This document shows, piece after piece, positions 49,301-61,300 of a DNA stretch of 64,000 nucleotides; position 1 is the first letter of the stretch, and every line of letters starts with the position of its first letter. The notes under the pieces are model-generated. The model made no database searches. It was given only the letters and a program-made list of their open reading frames with translations, and was not told the origin of the DNA. The translations under genes and the position numbers were made by a program. Source of the stretch: Rhina ancylostomus (Eukaryota); contig JARFYF010000017.1 of NCBI GenBank assembly GCA_030265395.1, forward strand, positions 21,898,549 through 21,962,548, in the 5' to 3' direction.

Positions 49301-52300
49301 TTTAGGAGTTTCCCAAACTCTCTGCTTGAGTGGTCTCAATGACATCCCACACACATTGCGTTTTATCTTCACTGTTTAAAAGAAGCACCAGATATGCAGT
49401 TTGATGGATTCTGGAGTTTGGAGCAAAATGTAAGGCAATGTGGGCTTGCTGGCCTCAACAGTGACTGTGTGACATGCTAAGCTTGGCCAGCTATTACCCT
49501 GTACCAGTGGGGAAGAGCAGGTGGGCTAGGTGAAGGATGATGATGGAGGAGCACGTGGGGACCGAGCATTACACACTTCTACATTACCTGTTGACCCTGT
49601 GTTACCCTCTGACCCTATGTACCTTAAATGGGGCTTCATGCGCTGATGTCTGAGTCTGTCCTTCAGAGGTAAATGGACCAGGCTTTCCTGAGGTACTCTC
49701 AGGCTCCAAATCCAAGTCGGTCAAAAGCTTCACAGTGGCCAGAGCAGGGAACAGAGCATCTTGCCTCAGCTATCGCTGAACCCGCAGCGTTGCACCGCAT
49801 GGACACGCTGAGCCATCACAGAGAAAAGATTCCTCGTAGCACAAGGGTATCCATGGGAGTTATCCACCACAACGTGACTATTGACTTTTTGTATCATTTC
49901 CCTTTCCATGTTTGGCAAGTGGCTCTTTTGCTTAGGAAAAAATGGAAAGACATGATTTGACTCCAAGCTGGGAAATGAATACTAGGTTGTTGGAAGGATT
50001 GCTTTGTGTTGGGACAAGGAAGAGGTTGAGGAGGAAAGAAGGTGAATGAGGTGAATGGACTCACCCACCTTTCTGCTGTGACTCAGTCTCAAAATACCAC
50101 CTGGTGAGGATACCACACACATGGCATGAGCTGGACCAGCTGCCTTGTTGGTGAGGCATTGGTACTTGCACAGCGAACATTCACCGGTGACATGCAGAGC
50201 AGGCTGAGTTAATGCCGGTGCCTCCATTTTGGAGATCAATATTCCAGGCAATGCCTTCTCAAACTTGCACAACTGCTCGCAGTTTCAGCAGCCTGAAGGA
50301 CCTTGGGCAGCCCTACTTAAAGGGGCTGTCAGTGACTCTCCGCTTAGTCACTGACTGGTTTCTCTTACCTATCGGTCCTTCTGCCAATATTCAGTGCTTT
50401 CTGACTGCCACTTGCCCCCCCCCCCCCCCCCACCTTTCCACCCCTTCCACCTTCTCCAGGATGTTCTCTCTCCTGAATTTCAGTGAGGAACATGTAGGCT
50501 ACTTCAGCACATCGATGAAGACGTTGTCACTGAAATCCGACTGTGCTTTAGAAGTTACAGGTCGACTCCAGACAGGGCAGCCAAGCTTATCTGAAGCCAG
50601 CCACTGACAATGTGGATCTGCTGCTGAACTTGCAACCACTCAGCAACATAATCTAATAGTGCTGGCTGAGCATGTCATTGGCAGACAGCAAAAATTTAGC
50701 ATGCTGCTTGCATCACAGGGTTAGCCCACCTTGGAAGCAAGCAAATTTAGTCCATGTGGTGTTTAATTACATTTCTCAATAAAATGCCAAAGCATTTTAT
50801 CTATTGCTCTGAAATAAAGTGAACATTGAAATGGAGGAGCAATCCACAAGCAGTCACGAAATGAAGGATCATTAATCCTTGCTGCTGTTGGCTGAAGGGA
50901 GATCATTGCCTGGGACATAGAAGAATTTTTCTGCTGTACTTTGAAATTGTGCAGTGGGATTGGCTTAACTGTTTCATTTAAAAGATTGATGCCTTGGTAG
51001 TGTAACTTCCCTTTAGCAGTACAACTTGTTAATCAGCCTAAATGTGCTCAGGTTCTTTAGTGGGTCTTGAAGTCATTAGTTTCTGATTTGGAGTGAGCAT
51101 TTATTGACAAGTATCTGTCAATTCCACATTGCAAGCCAGAACAAATCAGCATCAAATAGCTGCAGTTTTTAAAGTGCTACAAAGTGTGACAGGACAGTAG
51201 GTACAAGATATCTAAGTAGAACATAATTTTCTGTTATTTAAGTTTCACATATAATTATCAAGCAGAACTAATTTCTGTTTAGTAGACGATTCTGTTTATT
51301 GGTTCTTTTTAACTGCAGATGATTTTCTGTTACTGATGTGCGTATCCCTTCAGTGGCAAGTATTTATTGACGAAAAGAAGGAAGAGGTTCATACCATAGC
51401 TGGTGAAAATACAGATAACCCTGATCCCATGACTGGCCAGGACCTGAATCCAGTGCCAAACTTTATTTACTGTCGGTAAGTTTAACAGAGGCTTCTCTGT
51501 ACTTCAATGTGAATTCTGATTTCCTGATTTGATGATAAAATTTCATGCATGTTAGAAACCTGTCTTGAACTTTTTTCTAGTGATGAAATAATGCACTTAA
51601 AGTAGAATAGTTTCAGACCTTTTATCTGTAGCTCAGCCTAATGAATTTAGCTCCCAGAGGAGCTGCAATTCAATGACTGGGAAAAGATCTATAGAACAAA
51701 ATTATTATGGTTTGCAGAAAAAATTTCAGCATATTTTGCCTCCAGACTGATTAAAATTATACTGTAATTAGTTTCATTAATGGTTGCAGTTAGTACCTTG
51801 GGCAGTATGGTTAGTGGAACATCGAAAACTAGTTCATGTGCAGTTCTTTCTGCCCTGCAGATGTTACCTGGACATGTTAAAAACTGTGGTCTTCCGGTAC
51901 CTCTTCTGGCTTGTATCGGCAGTCATCTTTGCAGCTGGCTCCACTCGAATAAGTGTATTCGGCCTTGGCTACCTGCTTGCCTCCTTTTATTTGCTTCTCC
52001 TCGGCAGAAGACTTTTACTAAAGCCAGCAGCAAGTCGTTTAAACTTTTGGGATTGTTTAATTATGTACAACATTACCGTCATGATTGCAAAGAATATGCT
52101 CTCGGTGAGTCTTTTCATCATCAAAACTTCAGAAAAATGTAGAAAACAAAGTTCTGAAATAACAAAGAGCAGTGCATGGATTGTGATGTTAACAGCTTTT
52201 CCTAATATTGCTGGAGGTTTCACAATTCAGATTAACCAGTGCAGACAATTTGGGCAGAAGCTCTGACTGCTTAAGTAATTAGATTTTAATTTTGAAATGT

Positions 52301-55300
52301 GAAGTGAAGTGTAACACCCAAGCAATATTTTGATTATTTTGTTTTTTCTGCCTTTTATAAATGAGAACATTTGTGAATGAACTTTAGCAAGAAGTGCAGG
52401 TGCAGATTCATGTAGCATTGAAGTGCTACTTGCAGAATTAATGTAAGCTTCTCTAATAATCGCATACTTATGGATCATAATGTTACATCACAGAAGAGAG
52501 ACTAAAATAAATTTAATTGAATCTGATGTTAGAACCAAGGATGTTAAATAAAAAATAAAATCTGTTGCATGTGTAGCATATTTTAATTGGTGGGAGCTGT
52601 ACATTACAAATTACAATTGAATCAAAAATCAGAAGCAGATTTCAATGTGTGTAATCTGTCACGTGTCTAGCACATGAGATAAATTTCTACCCTAACTTTA
52701 ATACCTTGCTGCTGATATACTCAAGATTTTATTATAAATTTCCAAAATCTTGGCATTTTCCCTCTTTTATTATTTAACATTGTTTTTAAATAGATAAATC
52801 TGATCTTTTAAATACTTGCCCAGAAAATGAAGATAAAAATTGTATCCAGATTGTCCAGTTTTTGTTTCTCAGAGGAAAGATTCATGGATTTTAATGCACA
52901 AATCGCTAATCATCAGCTGGCAGCTTCTTCTGCATTATGGAGTTTTCATTGTTAGATAGGCTTTTGAGCTCTATATGCCCTTGTTTAAACTAAAGTCAAA
53001 GCTATTTTTAAACATAGTGTAATTTTATTCATCAAAGAACTTTCTTCAGACATTTTAAACAGTGAATTATGAATTGCATTTCTGTAGATGTGGCTAGTCA
53101 AAATCCTTTGAATAATTCAACCCATGGTCCTTTCACTCTTTGCCTTCTAAAGATTTTGTAATTAATGTAACCATATCTATAATTATTGCATCAAGCTGAG
53201 ATTGTTTAAAAATTAGGATAGTAATGTGTGATGATTTCTACAGCTCCTGGCCTGCGTCTTCTTGAAGCAACTCCAAAATAACTTCTGTTGGATGATTCAG
53301 TTATTAAGTTTGCACTGCACTATCAAAGGCTACTATAATGGTAAGAGTTTGTTCCTTTTGTGCACCATACTTTCAACTTGTTTGAGGATTAACAATGCAA
53401 ATGGGTAGATGGTGTTTGGGCAGTGGTGCAGAATTTGTGGCTGTGAACTGGCAATCAGTTCTATGCTTTGTCCAACTTTCATCTCAGTGGAAAAGGAAAT
53501 TAAGCAAGCAGGCTATGGATTCATCATTGCTCATTTTGTGCTACCATCCATAAGAAAGTTATTCCTGTGAAATCCAGAGTATATTTTTATTCCTTTAGGA
53601 TTTTCTTAAACTGTGGTGTAAAAAATGTTCAATTTTGTGAATTGCATGCTGTTGATTAAAGGCAGTCTTTTCAGTCTATTTGACGTGCTTGGCCCCAGCA
53701 AGACTATAAGCGAGTAGTGGGCTTTAAGAAGTCTTATAAGCAGAGTATCAAGCTTCTATGATTATAGTTAGGCTGAAGCTCATATTCTAAGCTGTTGTCC
53801 TTCTGAAAATTGCTGAACATTTAGTTAATGATTAAATGTTAGCTATCATGATATGGGATTGAAAATATTGTTCAACTATATTTCCATTATTTACAAAATA
53901 TTCCATTGTTTCAAGTAGCTTTTGATGCCAACTTCATTGTATGTCTATCAATACTTTTTCAGAAAGTGATTTAAAGGATTCAGAATGTACTTTGCCTGTG
54001 GGTGAAGCTGGCATTGTCTGGGATAGCATCTGCTTCTTTTTCCTTTTGCTTCAGCGCAGAATCTTCCTCAGCTACTATTTCATTCACGTGACAGCAGACA
54101 TGAGAGCCTCCAAGCTACAAGCATCCAGGTACAGTAACATCAGTCACTGTGCTCCAAAATCGTAATTTATTGTTCAAAGCACCTTTACAAGTTTCCAGAT
54201 AAGGGCCTAGATATTCTCTGAGCCTAGTGGATGCCCTGTATGGTCAAAGCATGGTGCATCAAGGACTGTTTACTGAATAAGTGTTACACTACTTTGCAGG
54301 TCAGCCTTAATAGCAAGAGATCTGAGTACAGGTGGGAGGATGTTATGCAACAATTATACAGGACCTTGGAGTATTGTGTGCAGTTTTGGTCTCCTTACCT
54401 GAGAAAGGATATACTTGCTATAGAGGGAGTGCAGCAAAGTGATTCCTAGAATTCTGAGACTGTTGTGTGAATAGAGGTTAAGTCAATCAAGCTTAAAAGA
54501 ACGAGAAGAGATTTAACTGAAACTTAGAAGATTCTGACATACTTAACAGATGGAAAGTGAGCAGGATGCTTGCATTGGCTGGGTTTCTCTCGCATCAGGG
54601 ATGAGAGCTGCAGGTTACAAATCAGGAGATTTAGGACTGAGATGAGGAGAAATGTCTTCACCTCAGAGGGTGGTGAACCAGTGAAACTTGCCACCACAGA
54701 GAGCTGCAGGGTCCATATCATTGAACATTTTTAAAAAGGAGATACATTTCTAAACACAAAAGTCATGAAGAAGTATGGAAGAGAGAAGGAAACACAGAAA
54801 CAGGGTTCCACTGACATGGGGAGGGTGGATAGAAGTTCATTACCACTGGAACTCCACTGTCCAGCCATAATGTCATACATCACACATGAGAGACTGTTAT
54901 CTGAATAACATTCTGGGAGTTGCTGATGCTAGCAACGGCCAACACCTTCCAGAGAAAGAGAGAAACTTAAGGGAGTGGAGAGCCCAATGTGACAAAAGGT
55001 GTCCATCTTAATTCCTCAACTAAACTCCAAAAGATGAACCTAGAATGGCTGATGGTGAGATGACTACAGATTAGTACTACTTGATATAAAGGATCACTTG
55101 GTTTAGGATGTGCGATATCTTTTGTAGTTTTGATTCAATTGATAGTCAATTACTTCCCTATTGGAGATAATGACTCATAACCTATGGCTGCTTGAAGCCC
55201 AGTCAGTACACTGCTGTGGCCTATGAGACACCTTCCAAAATGTTCTTTAAATGATGCATGACAAGAACTTTTGTGGATACATGTTACAGAGAGAGCTGTA

Positions 55301-58300
55301 AGTGTACCCCACCACAGCAAGTAGGTTGAGAACAATTAGGCTATATCTTTAAGCCATAACTTTCAGAAGCTTGATTTTGTCCAACAACAATATTAAAAAG
55401 TTGACTGAATTGTGAGAATATGTTGATTTTATTCATAGGGGCTTCCAACTATTCAATGCCAGCATTATCAAGAACATGAATTTCCTGCATGAAATCGAGA
55501 TGAAGTCCAAAGCACAAATAAAAAGACAGTAAGTCCTTTGAATGGGTGGAACTCATCGTCTGATTGTCATCTGCCTGATCACTAGGCATGTTTTAAGAAT
55601 GGGAAGCTTAAAACAAAATCTAATAATGCCATTTTAGTATTTACAGCCATGCATTCCACAGCTGAAGGGTTTTGTTTTAGCCATCTGAATTTCCTACATG
55701 GTTAAATCCAGAATGTTCTAATCCCAAGGTGCTGAAAAATCTACACCTGTTGGTTTCTGTCTGTCCAATGGAAACTGAATGTTTCACCCATAGGGCAAGA
55801 CTACTTATCTAGAATCAGAGTGTGACAGAGTCAAACTATAGGGATTGCCTGGTACTCAGAGGATATCGCATGTGTTTGCCTCAGGGAATGCCCAGACAGG
55901 TTAATGTGGAAGGTTGTTGGGAATCTTTCAATCAGTAAGCTCAATAGGTTTTGCCTATAGGCTCTATAAAGCCAAATGGACAGAATCTCAACCTTCGATG
56001 TTCTGATTCACCTCACCTGAGTTTCATTAGTGACACAATCTACATCAGCTGTCATTAACAACACATGAAAATATTGTACAATTGCTCATCTTGTGAGCCA
56101 GGCTGTCAAGTCTACACCAAATGGTTGACCTCAAAACGTGAATTAATTTGCAGCGGTGAGCTCTCCCATGGTGGGTAATAGGTAAGATAAGCTAAACCAT
56201 AAAATGCTTCCATTCTATTAACTGGAGATGTAGAAATTCAGCTTTTTGCCTCTGCCAATCAATGCACACTTGACAACGATGGTACATGCAATGTCTGTTC
56301 AATGAGACTTTTCTGCAATGAGAGCCACTTGAGGCTTTACAGAATATGAGTACATGGTGTGTGAAGGTCCTCCTACACTCCTTGATGTCTCATAAAAGTA
56401 TAACCCAAGCTGTGCACTTCTTTTGAGAATTAAACCCTGTCTACTTTCTCATGAGCCACAAGAGCACCTGATAAGAATATACGACGACCCAAGTTACAGT
56501 CCATGGAAAACTGAGTTGCTTTTCACTGCTTCCCATTAATACTGCAGGAACAATTGACCAGAAGGTGGCCTGTGGTTGGGACATCACTGGAGAAATATCT
56601 GAACAATCTTATAGGGCAAAATTACATCGTTGCCCAGCACAAGAGGGTTAAGAGCCTGCTGGTCACAAGGCTGAACTTAATGCTGATTGGAATTTTCTTT
56701 TTAAGGTATAGCAGCAGTACCAATAAAGGAAACACTTTAGTTTTAAATTGACAAATTATAAAGAAAGTTAAAATTTCCCAGCTCTGCTATTAAAGGCACA
56801 GGCCTTTATTGCGCTACAAAATTTGGAGGTGCAGGAAGAGGTTTCATTCTTCTTGGATAAAGTAATATGGGAATCACACATCCCCATTTTTGCCTTAAGC
56901 AGAATTTGGATGATGATAATGTCTTGAAGATTTAGTACTTATTAGCCTGGTAATAATTACAATTGATTTTCACCTGACCATTTTCTGTAAACTTTTTTGT
57001 CTGGTAGGATGGAGAGAATCCGAGCAAAACAGGAAAAATACAGAGGTGAAAGAGATTCCAATGACCCCAGTGAAAAAGATGAAGGAGATAAAGGTACAAT
57101 TTAAGGTGTAGAAATATTAGATGAAATAAATGTGCACCGATCTTTGTCATTCAATAAAATGAAGCAGAATGGTTAACACCCTCATACATAATAACACCTG
57201 AAAGATAAAGATACAAATACTTTTTATCCTATTCTGACATAGCTGGGTGGAAGGGGTGTGGTGTGCACAGTTATGCTGTGTAATGAACTACTGTTGTCAG
57301 TCCTTTCAGCATGCATTGAATGCATTGTAGATAGCTTCAGTAGATTAGTCCAGTTCTCTGTCATGAAGAATATCTTTGCAACTATGTTGTAGTGATTAAA
57401 CCAGCTAGATTACAATATGAATGATTCCAATAATCAGTCAATACCTGATGCTTCTTTGGTACAATTAGCATGAAGTTTATGATGCATTTGGTCATGCCTT
57501 GTGGCATGAACTCTCAAAGTTTGCAATTTGTGCTGAAAACATTTAGCGATCAATATTAGCCCGTGTTTAGTATTGTGTTGAGGCAATGAATAATACAGTA
57601 TTTACACTTTTACTGGATAAATGCATCCTTCTGAAGCAAAACAGCTGATTAACTGAATACTTTGATAAAATCAGCTGACATCCTTATTTATCCTCTTGAA
57701 GTGTTTACCAAAGGATTGAAATGCACAAATGTTATTTCACTATTGTGAATATTAGCATGTGGTGGATCTACTGATTGTGTTGGACATTAGAAGGAATTCT
57801 TTTCAGTTGCTTTCATGTTCAGTCACTGAGTACATTTGAGACAGAGATCAATAGATTTTTAAATATTAAAGGAATCAAGGGAAAGGAGTTGGTGCAGAAA
57901 AATGGCATGGAGGTAAAAGACCAGCCATGATGTTATTGAATGGCAGAGCAGGCTACTCCTGCTGCTGTTTCTATCTGGACTCAAGTCAGACGTCACATTT
58001 GTCCCTTGCACTGGCCCCACTGCCATTCTTATCTTTTGCAGCCATGAGGTGCAGCAGTCCTGAGCCAGGACTATGCAGCAAGTGGTTGAAACTAAAATCC
58101 TGCCCATGGACTGCCCCAGTGGTCTTCTGGCAACCCGCGATGTTAATGATTTTCCCACTCTTTGTAAATGCCTTTGATCAGAGACCCTTACAAACAGAGT
58201 AAAAACATTTATATTATTTAATTTGTTTTAATTAATATATAAGTTTGCTTGGATTCACTAAGTAATTTAAAACATTATTTAAAAACACTTTCACTTAGCT

Positions 58301-61300
58301 TTTCAATGAAGTTTGCTGACCCCATTCATGAAGCTGAAGGGGTTGATACAAAATGCACCTGGTCCCACAACTCAGGAGATTCTGCGAATGCCTTTGGGCT
58401 CAGTGATGAGCATAGAGGTGGATTGAAATGTCAGATGTACCATTGTCTGACCGTTAGTGCATTCGTACCACTGTGCCACAGTGTGTAGGCATGGAAGTCC
58501 AGTGAAACATGCTCTGTTGGTGTCCTTCTTAGGAACTGCCTAAGTTAGGAACTGCCACTGTTAGCGAGTTCTGCTGTATTGGCTCACTGCCTGATTGAAG
58601 AAAGTAAATTCTAGGATGAAAAGAAATGTGGGTTATGAAATTATTCAGTGTCTATTTCTCCCTCAGCACTTCTCAGAAGTTAAATCTATATCTAGCAGTT
58701 CAATTGGTCCATGATCAGAACACTCCTTTCTAGTAATTAGCTAAGAACATTCCAAAATTAACTTTTTCCTCATGCAAGGTAGAAACTTTTCATGCAGTAC
58801 AGTAATTGTACTGTAGATTTACTCTGCTGTTATCTAATTCTTTTTAGTGTACATCGTTAATGCTAACTCTTTTTAATATTGATAAAAATGAGAAAATCTT
58901 CCAGGGCTTATGTACTTTTAAAAAAGGCTATTGGCAAGATTTTGACTCTGAAGTCTGAAACCCAGCTTTGAAGGATGTCGTTTTGGTTTACTTCTGGTTT
59001 GTCTATCTCTGAGACACCTTGTTTGTTTCAAGAATAAAGTATGATGTAATAACCAGGGGCAATTCAGCAGTTTGTTTAACAAGTCTCAAATTATGCCATG
59101 AGGTTGAATTAAAAACCAAAGTAAATGCCTATACTTTATTGAAGGAACCTGCAAGACATTTCAAATTTTAATAAAAGATTTATCAGAAGAATATGCTGCA
59201 ACTTCATTTTCTAAATTCTTCTTCTTCCAAAATAATCTAAGATCCACACCATGTTTCATCACCTTCTGGGCATGTTAACTAACAGCTAACATCCTGCTTT
59301 TGGTTTGTTGATGGATCTGATATTTTCACCTCTCTTTTCTTTTACAGTATTATTTTGTTGTAGTGTTCATTTTACATTTTATATATTTTCATTCATATCC
59401 ATTAGCACTGTGCTGCCTTGTTTGTACCTTTGTGTAATTGACTGCTTGAATTGTGCCTTTTAATTTAAATTGAAATTTTATTTACAGCGTGGTAACAGGC
59501 CCTTCTGGCCCAACGAGTCCGCGCCACCCAATTTTAAACCCATATTAACCTACCCGTACGTCTTTGGAATGCGGGAGGAAACCGGAGCACTCAGAGGAAA
59601 CCCACGCAGACACGGGGAGAACATACAAACTCCTTACAGACAGCGACAGGAATCGAACCCCNNNNNNNNNNNNNNNNNNNNNNNNNNNNNNNNNNNNNNN
59701 NNNNNNNNNNNNNNNNNNNNNNNNNNNNNNNNNNNNNNNNNNNNNNNNNNNNNNNNNNNNNAGGAGTTTGTACATTCTCCCATGTCTGCGTGGGTTTCCT
59801 CTGGGTGCTCCAGTTTCCTCCCACATTCCAAAGACATACGGGTAGGTTAATATGGGTTTAAATTGGGCGGTGCGGACTCGTTGGGCTGAAAGGGCCTGTT
59901 ATCATGCTGTAAATAAAATTTGAGATAACACAATTAAAATATTAATTGCTGAGAACAGTATAATTGTTGTTGAGGAGGGTACTCTTAGACTCAGGATGAT
60001 GAGAGGACACAAACTCAGAATGAAAAGAGTTCAAAATCTTATTGTATAAAAAAAATCAGAATGTACTACAAGTGTCCATCTAGGCAGAGGCTCGTGTGTC
60101 ACTTTAAAAGGAATTGGATAAGCACTTTATGCATGTTTTGCTTCAATTTCATATTCTTTATTGCAAAGAGGGCAATATCCAGAAGTGCAGTTTAATTTTG
60201 AGTTACATTTAAGCGGAGGTCTTGACTAACCATTAATAATATTGAATACTGAAAGGCTTGGTTAGAGTGGACATGAAGAAGATGTTTTCATTAGTAGGAG
60301 AATCTAGGATGCAAGAACACAGCCTCAGGATAAAGGAATGTCCCTTTAGAACTAAGGTGAGAGGGAATTTCTTCAGCCAGAGGGTACTGAATCTGTGGAA
60401 TTCTTTGGAGGGCTGTGGAGGCCAAGTCATTAGGTGTATTTAAGGCAGAGATTGATAGGTTCTTGATTGGTAAGGGGATTCAGGGTTATGGGGAGAAAGA
60501 GGTTGAGAAGAAAAAATCAGCCATGATTGAATGGCAGGGCAGACTTGATGGGTCAAATGTCCTAATTCTACTCCTATATCTTATTACACTCCTGTGCAAT
60601 GACTTCTGGATGGAGAATCCATCTGGGATGCCACGTTTCTGAGATGCCATGTGTATGCATGTGCACTTGGAATGCTGTGTGTAGTTCTGGGCTCCATATT
60701 GAAGCAACTTTGACTTAAAAATGAGGATTTTACCAGAGCAGAGAGCATGCAGCAAGCTGAAATAATTGATACTGCTGGGGTGCACAGGAGTGTAATGGGT
60801 CAGTCAATACCTCTNNNNNNNNNNNNNNNNNNNNNNNNNNNNNNNNNNNNNNNNNNNNNNNNNNNNNNNNNNNNNNNNNNNNNNNNNNNNNNNNNNNNNN
60901 NNNNNNNNNNNNNNTACCTCTGCTTAAATGCCTCTGGGGATGTGGGGGGGGAGGGATTTTTGAATCTTAGTTGGTTGAGAGAAATGAGAGACTTGTCGAG
61001 ACAAAATGAGGAGAGTGAACATGGACAAATGACCAGGTGAAGATTGCCTGCCCTGCTTTCGTGGATGGGAAGTAGCAGAATGTGAACAAAATATTTTCTA
61101 GATGTGAGATGCAGAGAATCTGCCAGGTAACAGTCTTTTAGTAACCATCCAATGCAAACAATTCTAATACTGTACTTGCTTCACTCACAGCCAAGAACAT
61201 GGTTCTTTGTTCAAAAGAGTTTAATATCAGCATTGTTACTGATCATCCAAATGTCAGTCCTAACATTCACCCATGGGTAGAGCTCTGGCAACTGCCTTTG

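Noticed and set aside
49673-50607. Harbinger Myb-like or transposase gene (RKKWKDM)
   Set aside because: Only a 7-residue resemblance in a probably TE-derived, heavily decayed region; no supportable ORF or termini.
58042-58163. Extra PIEZO1 exon after ttatcttttgcag
   Set aside because: No PIEZO similarity, no phase-compatible strong donor, and it adjoins degenerate repeat sequence.
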